DNA of 64,000 bases from an uncultured delta proteobacterium (GCA_963828255.1 CAWHDZ010000003.1:218250-282249), one strand, 5' to 3'; shown: positions 23,953 through 33,859, counted from the first letter of the stretch. The notes: generated by a model not told the origin, from the letters alone. Translations and numbers: made by a program.

Positions 23953-23970
23953 GGGTGCTACATTACCCGC

Positions 23971-24999
23971 ATGTCGGTACGGCCGGCGCGCGACGTTTCG
24001 GGGAAGGCCCAGGAGGGCGAGGAGCGGCTCGAGCAGTCGCTCCGGCCGGCCAGCTTCGACGAGTACGTCGGGCAGAAGAAGCTCGTGGACAACTTCCGGG
24101 TCTACTCCCAGGCGGCCCGGAAGCGCGGCGAGGCCCTCGACCACGTGCTCCTCTCGGGCCCTCCGGGCCTGGGCAAGACCTCGCTCGCCCACATCCTCTC
24201 CACCGAGCTGGGCGTCGCGCTCCACGTGACGAGCGGCCCCGCCCTCGTGAAGAAGGGCGACCTGGCCGGCCTGCTCACCGCGCTCGCGCCGCGCGACATC
24301 CTCTTCATCGACGAGATCCACCGGCTCTCCCCCGCCGTGGAGGAGGCCCTCTACCCGGCCATGGAGGACTACCGCTTCGACGTGGTCCTCGGCGCCGGCC
24401 TGGGCGCCCAGACCATGGAGATGAAGCTCGAGCGCTTCACCCTGGTGGGAGCCACCACCCGCACCGGGCTCCTGGCCAGCCCCCTGCGCGACCGGTTCCC
24501 CATCCAGGAGCGGCTCGACTACTACGCCCCGGCCGACCTCATGGAGATCGCCGTCCGGGCGGCGCGCAAGCTCGCGCTCCCGGTGGACCCCGCCGGCGTC
24601 GAGGAACTGGCCCGCCGGGCCCGCGGCACGCCGCGCATCGCCATCCGGCTGCTGCTCCGGGCCCGCGATTTCGCCCAGGTCGAGGGGAACGGCCGGATCG
24701 ACCCGGCCATCGTCCAGCGAACGCTCACGCGGCTCGAGGTGGACGCCTCCGGGCTCGACGCCATGGACCGGCGCATCCTCACGGTCGTGGTGGACGTCTT
24801 CGGCGGAGGCCCGGTGGGAATCGAGGCCATCGCCGCGGCGGTGGGCGAGGAGCGGGACACCATCGAGGACGTCTACGAACCGTTCCTGGTGCGGGAGGGA
24901 TACCTGGCGCGCACCCCGCGCGGCCGCGTGGCGCTGCCGCCCGCCTACGCGCACCTGGGGCGCGACCGCCCCCGCGGAGGCCAGGACCCGCTCTTCTAG
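23971..24999 (+). CDS. ruvB: Holliday junction DNA helicase
   Basis: LRPASFDEYVGQ, GPPGLGKTSLA, FIDEIHRL and RTPRGR motifs. Confidence 0.96.
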   Translation: MSVRPARDVSGKAQEGEERLEQSLRPASFDEYVGQKKLVDNFRVYSQAARKRGEALDHVLLSGPPGLGKTSLAHILSTELGVALHVTSGPALVKKGDLAGLLTALAPRDILFIDEIHRLSPAVEEALYPAMEDYRFDVVLGAGLGAQTMEMKLERFTLVGATTRTGLLASPLRDRFPIQERLDYYAPADLMEIAVRAARKLALPVDPAGVEELARRARGTPRIAIRLLLRARDFAQVEGNGRIDPAIVQRTLTRLEVDASGLDAMDRRILTVVVDVFGGGPVGIEAIAAAVGEERDTIEDVYEPFLVREGYLARTPRGRVALPPAYAHLGRDRPRGGQDPLF

Positions 25000-25003
25000 G
25001 GCA

Positions 25004-25759
25004 TCACGCGGATCCGCGACGCCGCTGCGTCGCCATCACCAGCGTCTTCGTCACCACCCACCCGAAGACGAACCCGCCCACGTGGGCGAAGAATGCCACG
25101 CCCGATCCGATCCCTCCCAGGAAGGCAAGGAACACCTGCAGGACGAACCAGAGCCCGATGAAGAATCCCGCCGGGAGATGGACGATGCGGATGAAGAAGA
25201 AGATCGGGATGGCGGTGAGCACGCGCGCCCGCGGGAAGAACACCATGTACGCGGCCATCACCCCGGCGATGGCGCCGCTCGCGCCCACCATGGGCATGAG
25301 CGGATCACCCTGCGCCAGCGAGAGCAACGTCTGGGCCGCGGCGGCGGCGATCCCGCTCGCCAGGTAGAAGCCGAGGAAGCGCACCCGACCCAGCACGTCC
25401 TCGACGTTGGGACCGAACACCCAGAGAAAGAGCAGGTTCCCGAGCAGGTGGAGGATCCCGCCGTGGAGGAACATGCTCGTGAGGACCGTGAAGGGGGGCG
25501 GGACCAGGTCTCGCGGCCCGATGTCCCGGAAGGTCACCACCTCCCAGGGGATGGCGCCTCCGATGAGCGCGGTGTAGTTGATCCCCTGCTCGAACCTCGC
25601 CAGGACCTCGCCGAAGGGCAGGCCCGGCACCTTGGCCACCCCGGTGATCCGGAACGCGAACCAGGCCTGCCAGCCGAAGGCCAGGGCGTTCGCCACCAGG
25701 AGCGCCCACGTCACGGTCGGGACCCGGTGGACCGGAATGTCGTTCTTGAGCGGGATCAC
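25004..25759 (-). CDS. Rhomboid family intramembrane serine protease
   Basis: SMFLHGGILHLLGN, GASGA and AHVGGF motifs. Confidence 0.92.
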   Translation of the reverse strand: MIPLKNDIPVHRVPTVTWALLVANALAFGWQAWFAFRITGVAKVPGLPFGEVLARFEQGINYTALIGGAIPWEVVTFRDIGPRDLVPPPFTVLTSMFLHGGILHLLGNLLFLWVFGPNVEDVLGRVRFLGFYLASGIAAAAAQTLLSLAQGDPLMPMVGASGAIAGVMAAYMVFFPRARVLTAIPIFFFIRIVHLPAGFFIGLWFVLQVFLAFLGGIGSGVAFFAHVGGFVFGWVVTKTLVMATQRRRGSA

Positions 25760-25990
25760 GTCGATCGAGGCGCGGGGCGGCTGTCGGTGGCGCCGCAGGA
25801 GGTCGTATACCCGAATCCGCCAGGGACTGCGCAGGCCTGCAGAGCCGCGACAAGATTGTCAGGGTTGTTCGGCAAGGGAGACAGGGTGTCAGCTCGACAA
25901 GAACTGGCCATCTGGCGCATTCCGGGTTAAAACGTCGTCATATCGGAAGGATATGGTCATTCCCTCCTTCCGTCCGGAACCACGGTACCC

Positions 25991-26006
25991 AGGCATTGTT
26001 ATTGCT
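25991..26006 (+). promoter_or_regulatory. Sigma54 (-24/-12) promoter upstream of lpxC
   Basis: AGGCATTGTTATTGCT has GG-N10-GC spacing and TTGCT at -12. Confidence 0.55.
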
Positions 26007-26077
26007 CTTTAACCCGCCGCGCCGATTTTACGCGGTGCGGCATGGCGGGTCGGTGGCAGCTTGGGAGGCATCGAGAC

Positions 26078-27001
26078 ATGGGCTACTGGAATCAGCGAAC
26101 CTTGGCGAAACGCGTGACCTGCTCGGGGGTGGGCCTCCACTCGGGCCGTCCCGTGACGCTCACGCTTGCGCCCGCCGCTGCCGACAGCGGCATCCGGTTC
26201 GTGCGCATGGACCTCGGCGTCGAGATCCCCGCCCGCTCCGAGCACGTCGCCGACACCACCCTCTCCACCAACCTGGCCGCCGGGAAGGCCCGCATCCACA
26301 CGGTCGAGCACGTGCTCTCGGCCCTCACCGGCATGGGAATCGACAACTGCCGCGTCGAGGTGGACGGTCCGGAGATTCCCATCCTCGACGGCTCCTCGGC
26401 CCCCTTCGTGGCCCTCATCCGGGAGGGCGGCGTCGCCGAGCAGCCCGCCGGCAAGCAGTTCATCATCGTGGAGCGGGCCGTCGAGGTCCGCGACGGCGAC
26501 AAGCTTGCCCGCCTCGAGCCGGCCGACGCGCTCACCATGGAGTTCACCGTCGATTTCAAGCACCCGCTCGTCACCGACCAGGCCTTCCGCTTCGCCTTCT
26601 CCGACCGCAATTACGAGCGGGAGGTGGCGCGCGCCCGCACCTTCTGCTTCCTGCGCGACATCGAGATGATGAAGAAGGCCGGTCTCGCCAAGGGCGGCAG
26701 CCTCGAGAACGCCATCGTGGTGGACGAGTTCTCCATCCTGAATCCGGAGGGGCTCCGCTTCCCCGACGAGTTCGCCCGCCACAAGGTGCTCGACGCCATC
26801 GGCGACCTGTCGCTCTTCGGCCTGCCGGTCATCGGTCACTTCAGCGCCTACAAGAGCGGGCACGGGCTGAATCAGGCCCTCGTCGCCAAGGTCCTCGGCG
26901 ACCCGTCCAGCCACCGGGTGGTCCGGGTCAGCGCGGAGAAGGAACTCGAGCCGCTGCGGGTCCGGCTGCCGAAGCTCGCCCCCGCGCAGCAGCACGCCTA
27001 G
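26078..27001 (+). CDS. lpxC: UDP-3-O-acyl-N-acetylglucosamine deacetylase
   Basis: QRTLA...GVGLHSG, TVEHVLSAL, ARARTF and RHKVLDAIGDL motifs. Confidence 0.96.
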   Translation: MGYWNQRTLAKRVTCSGVGLHSGRPVTLTLAPAAADSGIRFVRMDLGVEIPARSEHVADTTLSTNLAAGKARIHTVEHVLSALTGMGIDNCRVEVDGPEIPILDGSSAPFVALIREGGVAEQPAGKQFIIVERAVEVRDGDKLARLEPADALTMEFTVDFKHPLVTDQAFRFAFSDRNYEREVARARTFCFLRDIEMMKKAGLAKGGSLENAIVVDEFSILNPEGLRFPDEFARHKVLDAIGDLSLFGLPVIGHFSAYKSGHGLNQALVAKVLGDPSSHRVVRVSAEKELEPLRVRLPKLAPAQQHA

Positions 27002-27058
27002 CGTCACGGGCCAGCGCCGAATCCTGTCGCACCCCGCGCCCTTGCGGTAAAAGGGGCA

Positions 27059-27688
27059 ATGCGCCGCCTCCTCCACGTGGCCGCCCTCGCGGCCGCGCTC
27101 GCCTTCTCCGGCCCCGCCTCCGCCCAGTACACCTTCATGTCGCCCGACAAGCAGCCGCCTCCGCTGCGGCTCGAGGGCTGGAGCAACGTCCTGCGCGTGA
27201 ACGTGGGCGCCGGGTTCTACAACTCCGACTGGTACGTCTGCTCCTACGGCTGGTCCTGCACCACGACCTCCTACTCGAGCTTCATCCCGTTCCTGGTCGG
27301 GCCCCAGATCGACATCCACCTCGGGGGCCCGAGCGCGGTCAGCCTGGGGTTCAACTTCGGATTCGGCACGATCAAGCAGACGTCCTTCGACGGGACGCAG
27401 GACGTGGTCCGGGAGTCGAAGATCACCACCTACGAGCCCACGCTCGACTACCTGGTCCGGCTGGGGTCCCCCACCGACGAGACGGTGGCCCGCCTGAGGT
27501 TCGGGGGCGGGCTGCTCATGGGCCCGGAGGCCAAGTTCGGCTTCCTCGGCCGCATCGGGCTCGGCGTGGCCTTCTTCGCCGCGAGCCGATTCGGCGTCGG
27601 CCTCGACCTGGTGCTCGAGGGCGGTTCGATGAACGGCTACTTCATCGGCGGGTTGCAGCTGGTGGCTTCGCCGGAATTCCGGTTCTAG
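27059..27688 (+). CDS. Putative outer-membrane beta-barrel protein
   Basis: Signal peptide, alternating beta-strand pattern, terminal aromatic residue (EFRF). Confidence 0.65.
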   Translation: MRRLLHVAALAAALAFSGPASAQYTFMSPDKQPPPLRLEGWSNVLRVNVGAGFYNSDWYVCSYGWSCTTTSYSSFIPFLVGPQIDIHLGGPSAVSLGFNFGFGTIKQTSFDGTQDVVRESKITTYEPTLDYLVRLGSPTDETVARLRFGGGLLMGPEAKFGFLGRIGLGVAFFAASRFGVGLDLVLEGGSMNGYFIGGLQLVASPEFRF

Positions 27689-27721
27689 CTGGACCCGTCT
27701 CTTGCTCCACCCGGAGGACAG

Positions 27722-28081
27722 ATGGATTCTCCTCGGTACACGTTCCGCTCGCCGGCGCAGTTCATCGTCGGTGCGTTCGCCCTGCTCACGCTGGCAGGCG
27801 CCGGAGTCGCGGAAGAGAAGACCCCGATCGTCGTCGTCGAGGCGAAGCCGCCGGGCGTTTGCAAGAACCTGGGCAAGGTGACGGGGACCAGCCAGGGCAT
27901 TCCGGTGAACGAGAGCCGGGCCGAGAAGGATGCCCTGGATCAGGCCAGGGATCTGGGAGCGACCCACTTCTGGTTCAAGTCGGAATACTCGGGACAGAGG
28001 GGTTCCACGGGGTGGGTCTACTATGGCGTCGCCTATCGCTGTCAGGCCGCCCCGCCCGCATCGCCCGGACCCGCGAGATAG
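27722..28081 (+). CDS. Small secreted protein (DUF4156/YbjQ-like fold)
   Basis: Signal peptide; CKNLGKVTG...ARDLGATH...GVAYRC pattern. Confidence 0.55.
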   Translation: MDSPRYTFRSPAQFIVGAFALLTLAGAGVAEEKTPIVVVEAKPPGVCKNLGKVTGTSQGIPVNESRAEKDALDQARDLGATHFWFKSEYSGQRGSTGWVYYGVAYRCQAAPPASPGPAR

Positions 28082-28107
28082 GGACACTCCGCGGTCCCGA
28101 AGCCTGA

Positions 28108-29379
28108 TCACCAGCTCCCGAACCGCCTGCGCGCCTCGGCCGCGAGCCCGTCCCGGTGTCGCGGGTCGGCCACGGCGATGAGGGCCTCGGCCCGCTGGCG
28201 CAGGTTCTTGCCGAACAGGTCGGCGATGCCGTGCTCGGTGACCACGAAGTGCACGTGTGCACGCGTGGTGACGACGCCGGCGCCCGGCTTGAGCTGGGCC
28301 ACGATGCGCGACACGCCCCCGGAGGTGGCCGACGGGAGCGCGATGATGGGCTTGCCGCCGTCGGAGAGCGCCGCGGCGCGGATGAAGTCCATCTGCCCGC
28401 CCACGCCCGAGTAGAGCCGCTCGCCGATGGAGTCGGCGCAGACCTGGCCGGTGATGTCCACCTCGAGGGCGCTGTTGATGGCGGTGACGCGGGGGTTGCG
28501 CCGGATGACCTCGGGGTCGTTCACGTAGGCGATGTCGAGCATCTGGACGAGCGGGTTGTCGTCCATGAAGTCGTAGAGCCGGCGTGTGCCCAGCGCGAAA
28601 CCGGCCACGATCTTGCCCGGGTGCACGCGCTTCATCTCGCCGGTGACGATGCCCCGCTCGACGAGGTCCACGATGCCGTCGGAGAGCATCTCGGTGTGGA
28701 TGCCCAGCCGGTGGTGGCCGCCCAGGGCCGCGAGCGTCGCGTCGGGGATGGTGCCGATGCCGAGCTGCAGCGTGGCGCCGTCCTCGACCAGCTCCGCGAC
28801 GTGGTTGCCCACGGCGCGGTCCACGTCGTTGATCGCCGGGTAGTGAACCTCGGGGATGGGGTCGTCCCCCTCGACGCCGTACTCGATGTCGTCCACGTGG
28901 ATGAGCCCGTCGCCGTGGGAGCGGGGCATGTGGGCGTTGACCTGCGCGATCACGGTGCGCGCGGTCTGGACCGCCGCGCGGGTGGCGTCCACCGAGACGC
29001 CCAGCGAGCAGAAGCCGTGCCGGTCCGGGGGCGAGACCTGGACGAGCGCCACGTCGAGGGGGAGGAGCCCCGAGCGGAAGAGCTTGGGGACCTCGGACAG
29101 GAAGACCGGCAGGTAGTCGGCGCGCCCCTCCTGGACGGCGTCGCGGAGGTTCGGGCCCACGAAGACCGAGTTCACCCGGAAGCTCCGGGAGACCGCCGGT
29201 GCGGCGTACGGGGCCTCGCCCTCCGTGTGGAGCTGGACGATCTCCACGACCCGCAGGTCGCCGGCGCGCGCCGTCATCGCCTCGATGAGCCGGCGGGGGG
29301 CCGCGGCGACGCTGTGGATGAACACCCGGTTGCCGGACTGGATGACGGAGACGGCCTCGGCGGCCGAAACGATGCGCAA
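28108..29379 (-). CDS. Acetyl-CoA hydrolase/4-hydroxybutyrate CoA-transferase family protein
   Basis: TLQLGIGTIP, LGIHTEM, SGVGGQMDF and VVTEHGIADL motifs. Confidence 0.92.
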   Translation of the reverse strand: MRIVSAAEAVSVIQSGNRVFIHSVAAAPRRLIEAMTARAGDLRVVEIVQLHTEGEAPYAAPAVSRSFRVNSVFVGPNLRDAVQEGRADYLPVFLSEVPKLFRSGLLPLDVALVQVSPPDRHGFCSLGVSVDATRAAVQTARTVIAQVNAHMPRSHGDGLIHVDDIEYGVEGDDPIPEVHYPAINDVDRAVGNHVAELVEDGATLQLGIGTIPDATLAALGGHHRLGIHTEMLSDGIVDLVERGIVTGEMKRVHPGKIVAGFALGTRRLYDFMDDNPLVQMLDIAYVNDPEVIRRNPRVTAINSALEVDITGQVCADSIGERLYSGVGGQMDFIRAAALSDGGKPIIALPSATSGGVSRIVAQLKPGAGVVTTRAHVHFVVTEHGIADLFGKNLRQRAEALIAVADPRHRDGLAAEARRRFGSW

Positions 29380-29486
29380 AATGGGTACCCTCCTGGGTGC
29401 GGACGATACCAGAGCGTTCGCCGGGCCGGGTGCGACAAAATGTGCCCTATCTCGACGACGAGCCCCTCTGTCAAGATGACCGGTCC

Positions 29487-30775
29487 GTGACGCCCCGCCC
29501 CCCCGCGCTCGCCGCAGAACCCGGCCGCATCAAGCTGGAATGGCTCGTCAAGCTCCACTGGATCGCCATCCTCGGCGAGTCCACCGCCATCGTCGGCGTC
29601 CAGGCGGCGGGGCTCATGGAGCTCCCACTGGCGCCGCTGGCCGCGCTGGTGGGCTTCGCCATCGCGGTCAACGTCGCCCTCCAGAGCTGGCTGCGCCGCG
29701 ACCCGGTGGTCTCCGACGGCTTCCTGGCCGGGGTGATGCTCCTCGACACCGCCGTCCTCACCGGCCTGCTCCACCTCTCGGGCGGCCACTTCAACCCCTT
29801 CTCCACCCTCTACATCGTCAACGTGGCGCTGGCGGCGGTGCTGCTCCCCCCGCGATGGTCCTGGACGCAGGCCGCCTTCAGCGTCCTCGCCATGGGTGCG
29901 CTCTTCCCCCTGCAGCAGTGGGCCCCCTTCGGCGTGCAGGAGCACGAGGCCATGATGGCCGTGCACCTCTATGGGATGCTCGTGGCGGTGGCCGTCGCAG
30001 CCTTCGTGATCGTGCTCATCGTGCAGCGGGTGACCCGCGCGCTGGCGGGGCGGGACGAGGAGCTGGCCCGGGAGCGGCGCCTGGCCGAGCAGCACGCCAA
30101 GCTGGCCTCCCTCGTGACCCTGGCCGCCGGAGCCGCCCACGAGCTGGCGACCCCTCTCGGGGCCATCGCCATCGCCTCCAAGGAGCTCGACCGCGAGCTC
30201 TCCCGGGAAGGGGCCGGGCAGGGAGCGCTCGACGACCTCAGGCTCATTCGCACCCAGGTGGACCGCTGCAAGGGCATCCTCCAGCAGATGTCGGTCCGCG
30301 CGGGCGAGAACGCCGGCGAGCCCATCGTCGAGTTCTCGGTGGATCGCTGGGTGAAGGGATCGCTCGACGGCCTGCCCGGGGGGAGCGGGTCCGCTCCGAC
30401 ATCGCTTGCGGCGAGGTGCGGGTCCGCGGGCCGGTCCAGGGGATGGAGCGCGCGCTCAGGGTCCTCCTCGTGAACGCCCTCCAGGCCACCGATGGGGAGG
30501 TCTGGCTCCGTGCCCTCTGTGCCGAGCGGGCCATCGTGGTGGAGGTCCAGGATCGGGGCGCCGGCATCTCCCCGGAGGTGCTGGCGCGCATCGGGGAGCC
30601 CTTCTTCACCACCAAGGACCCGGGCCAGGGCAGCGGCCTCGGGGTCTACATCGCGCGCACGCTGGCCGAGCAGCTGGGCGGCGCGCTCGAGGTCGTTTCG
30701 AAGCCGGGTCAGGGCACCACGGCGCGGATCACGATTCCAGGCACCCCCGGGGTGCGCGAGGAGGCGCGAGGATGA
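29487..30775 (+). pseudogene. regB: RegB/PrrB/ActS-type sensor histidine kinase with a single frameshift at G-run 30378-30383 (may be a sequencing error)
   Basis: TM domain and AAGAAHELATPL H-box in one frame; NALQA, DRGAG, EPFFTTK and GSGLG in another. Adding one G to the G6 run joins them. Confidence 0.8.
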
Positions 30776-31323
30776 GCCAGGACGCGGGCAGGGAAGGGGC
30801 GCTGACGCTGCTCCTCGTGGACGACGACGAGGTGCTGCGGGAGCGGCTCGGGAAGGCGCTGCGGGAGCGGGGCTTCGAGGTGACCACCGCCGAGAGCGGG
30901 GAGGCGGCCATCGCGGTCGCCCGCCGGGATGCGCCCGAGTTCGCGGTGGTGGACCTGCGCATGCCCGGGGCCTCGGGCATCGAGGTGCTCGACGCGCTGC
31001 GCGCCATCGACCCGGCCACCCGGGTCCTCATGCTCACCGGGTACGGGTCCATCGCCACCGCGGTCGAGGCCACCCGGCGGGGGGCCGTCGGCTACCTCTC
31101 CAAGCCCGCCGACGCCGACGAGGTGGTTGCGGCCCTGACCGGCCAGGCCATCGGGGAGGCGAAGGTGGACATCGACACGCCGTCCCTGGCGCGCACCGAG
31201 TGGGAGCACATCCAGCGCGTGCTCACCGACTGCGCCGGCAACGTCTCCGAGTCGGCGCGCCGGCTGGGAATCCACCGGCGCTCCCTGCAGAGGAAGCTCC
31301 AGAAGTACCCTCCGCCGCGGTAG
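30772..31323 (+). CDS. regA: RegA/PrrA/ActR-type response regulator
   Basis: LLVDDD, VDLRMP, LTGYGSIATAVEA and WEHIQRVL...NVSESARRLGIHRRSLQRKLQK motifs. Confidence 0.92.
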   Translation: MSQDAGREGALTLLLVDDDEVLRERLGKALRERGFEVTTAESGEAAIAVARRDAPEFAVVDLRMPGASGIEVLDALRAIDPATRVLMLTGYGSIATAVEATRRGAVGYLSKPADADEVVAALTGQAIGEAKVDIDTPSLARTEWEHIQRVLTDCAGNVSESARRLGIHRRSLQRKLQKYPPPR

Positions 31324-31369
31324 CGCCCCGGCACGTGCAACGGCGCGCCCGGCGTGCTACCGATCGTGG

Positions 31370-31798
31370 ATGCCCCGACCGACCGTGCTGGCAGCCCTCG
31401 TCGCCTTCGCCACGTGCGCCGCATGCGGTGCGCCGGGACGCGCCGCACGGATCGGGACCCGCGCGGACGGCGGGTCGATCATGCTCTCGGCCAACAACGA
31501 CAAGGCCTGGGAGAGCGCCAAGGAGCTCATGAGCAGCCACTGCGACGGGAAGTACCGCATCCTGGCGCAGGTCCAGGAGGGCGCCGCCGGCCGGGGCGGG
31601 CCTCCGCCTCCCACCCCCGGGGCCATGGCCGACCCGGTGGGGCAAGCCGGTGCGCCGTACGGCATCCGTGTTGACTACGAGTGCACAGGCGGGTCGGGCC
31701 CGCTGCAGTTGCCGTCCAGCCCGGAGCCCGAGAAGGCCTCCCCGCCGCCGCCCTCGCAGATCCCGCAGACCCAGACCCCCGCGAAGGCGCCGAAGTAG
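31370..31798 (+). CDS. Putative lipoprotein
   Basis: Signal peptide with CAAC lipobox; Cys pair; Pro-rich tail. Confidence 0.65.
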   Translation: MPRPTVLAALVAFATCAACGAPGRAARIGTRADGGSIMLSANNDKAWESAKELMSSHCDGKYRILAQVQEGAAGRGGPPPPTPGAMADPVGQAGAPYGIRVDYECTGGSGPLQLPSSPEPEKASPPPPSQIPQTQTPAKAPK

Positions 31799-31816
31799 CG
31801 GCCGTCCGGGGCCGCG

Positions 31817-32446
31817 CTACGACGCGAGGGACCGGATCGCCTCCAGCGACTCCTCGAACACACCGTCCTCCGAGCCGGCGGCGACGATCCTGGCCCGGCC
31901 GGGCGGCAACCGGTGAAGCTCCTGCAGGTAGAGCTCCCGCTGCCGCTCCAGCGTTCCCGGCGGGAAGAACTCGGAGAGCCGGTGGCCCAGCTGCTTCGCA
32001 GCCAGCTCGGGGCGCACGTCCACGAAGATGGTCAGGTCGGGGACCACCTCGCGCCCGAAGGGCAGGCCGCGCGCGCGCCGCTCCAGGACGCCCAGCTCCT
32101 CGCCGTCCCAGTCGTGCCCGAGCAGCCGGGCGTGGACCGCCGAGGCCAGGGTGAAGTTCTTGCAGAGGACGATCTTTCCGCTCGAAAGCTCCTCCCGGAC
32201 CACGGAGGCTACCCGTGCCCGCGACGCCAGCTCGAAGAAGAAGTCGGCCTCGAAGACCCCGTAGCGCCAGCTGGTGTCGAGTTCCTGGGCGCCCATGATG
32301 CGGGCCCGGCCCGTGTCCGGGCTGTCGATCTCGTAGACCCCGGCACCCTTGCCCACGAGCGTCTCCCGGAGCCGGTTGACCACCTCGACGACGAGCATTC
32401 CGGACCCGTAGATCCCCTCGAACACCACCAGCTTTCCGGTTCCCAT
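31817..32446 (-). CDS. Thymidylate-kinase-like protein with a degenerate P-loop
   Basis: GKLVVFEGIYGSGML, PDLTIFVDV and overall dTMP kinase layout. Confidence 0.75.
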   Translation of the reverse strand: MGTGKLVVFEGIYGSGMLVVEVVNRLRETLVGKGAGVYEIDSPDTGRARIMGAQELDTSWRYGVFEADFFFELASRARVASVVREELSSGKIVLCKNFTLASAVHARLLGHDWDGEELGVLERRARGLPFGREVVPDLTIFVDVRPELAAKQLGHRLSEFFPPGTLERQRELYLQELHRLPPGRARIVAAGSEDGVFEESLEAIRSLAS

Positions 32447-32516
32447 GTGGCACCCCCGTTTCACCAGGCAGGATACCCCCGGGGCGGTGGGCGGTCAGTG
32501 GCCCTGCTGGGGTGGA

Positions 32517-33299
32517 TCACTCCACGTCGTGCACGTGGAAGTGGGCGTGGTCCGTTCCCCCGTGGGTGTGGCGGTGCCGGTGGGCGAGGCCGCTCTGGAC
32601 GAGCAGCAAGGGGTTGCGCAGCAGCGCGGCGGTGGGGCCGTCGAAGAGCAGGCCGGGCCGGTCGGTGGCGAGCAGGAGCGCGCGGCTTCCCAGCTCCTCG
32701 GCCACCGAGAGGTTGTGGGTGGCGGCGACCACCGTCAGGTCCGCGCGGCCGGCCAGGAGATCCACGAGCCGCCCGGCCCAGGCCGGGTCGAGGTTGGCGG
32801 TGGCCTCGTCGAGGAGGAGGACGCGCGGGTCGCAGGCCAGCAGGGCGGCCAGGGCCACCCGCTTCTTCTCGCCCCCGGAGAGCTCGAAGGGCGGACGCGG
32901 GAGGAGCGCGGTGACGTCCAGGAGGTCGGCCTGCCGGGCCACCCGCCCGTCCACGTCGTCGAGCCCGAGCTGGCGCGGGCCGAAGGCGATCTCGTCGGCC
33001 ACCGTGGGGTTGAAGAGCATGGCGTCCACGTTCTGGAAGAGGAACCCCACCTCGCCGCGGAACCGGCGCCGGAAGGCCGGGTCGCCGAGCGCGCGGCCGT
33101 CGAGGAGCGCGCCGCCGTAGCGGACCTCCCCGCCGGTGGCGAAGGCCAGGCCGTCGAGGAGCCGGAGCAGCGTGGACTTCCCGCAGCCGTTCACTCCAAG
33201 TACGACGACGCGCTCCCCCCCGGCCACCGAGAAGGAGAGGTCGCGGAGCACCGGGCGTCCCTCCACCGAGAGCGAGGCCGCGCGCAGATCGAAGATCAC
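32517..33299 (-). CDS. nikO: ECF Ni/Co transporter ATPase (NikO/CbiO) with His-rich tail
   Basis: GVNGCGKST, LSGGEKKR and LLLDE motifs; C-terminus HRHRHTHGGTDHAHFHVHD. Confidence 0.9.
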   Translation of the reverse strand: MIFDLRAASLSVEGRPVLRDLSFSVAGGERVVVLGVNGCGKSTLLRLLDGLAFATGGEVRYGGALLDGRALGDPAFRRRFRGEVGFLFQNVDAMLFNPTVADEIAFGPRQLGLDDVDGRVARQADLLDVTALLPRPPFELSGGEKKRVALAALLACDPRVLLLDEATANLDPAWAGRLVDLLAGRADLTVVAATHNLSVAEELGSRALLLATDRPGLLFDGPTAALLRNPLLLVQSGLAHRHRHTHGGTDHAHFHVHDVE

Positions 33300-33859
33300 C
33301 CGAACCCCCGGGAGCGCATGGCGTCGCCCACGTCGCGGGCGTTCCTGGCGGAGAGGGTGAGGAGCGCGGCGGTGATGGCGCCCGAGCTGGCCACCACGTC
33401 GCGGGTGCGCGGCCGCCGCGGCAGCCGGCTGCGCAGCCCCAGCGCCGACTCGGTGGCCAGGAGCCGCAGGGCGTGGATCTGGGCCAGGCTGAGGACCAGG
33501 AGCCGGGACAGGGTGGGGAAGGGTGCCGCCGCGCGGAGCAGGTCCACCCGGCGCAGGACCGAGAAGGTCACGAAGGCGATGAGCACCGCGCGCAGGAGGA
33601 GCGCCGCGAAGGGCGCGGCTGGCGGCGCGTCGCCCCGCAGGGCGAGCCAGCACCACGACGCGGCCGACAGGCCGAGCGCGAAGGGCGCCACGCCGACGAG
33701 GACCCGCCGCGCCTCCCGGAGCGCCCCGCGCCGGAAGAGGAGGAGCGCCGCCGCCGTGGAGGCGGAGAGCACGCGCAGGTCGGAGACCGCCGAGAGGGCG
33801 AAGATCGAGACCGCCCAGGCGAGGAGGACGGCATGGCTGCGGCGGGGCTCAGCCAGCAC
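33296..33859 (-). CDS. nikQ: ECF transmembrane T component (NikQ/CbiQ)
   Basis: Hydrophobic protein with LRSR and AMRSRGF conserved Arg motifs; operon position. Confidence 0.8.
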   Translation of the reverse strand: MLAEPRRSHAVLLAWAVSIFALSAVSDLRVLSASTAAALLLFRRGALREARRVLVGVAPFALGLSAASWCWLALRGDAPPAAPFAALLLRAVLIAFVTFSVLRRVDLLRAAAPFPTLSRLLVLSLAQIHALRLLATESALGLRSRLPRRPRTRDVVASSGAITAALLTLSARNARDVGDAMRSRGFG

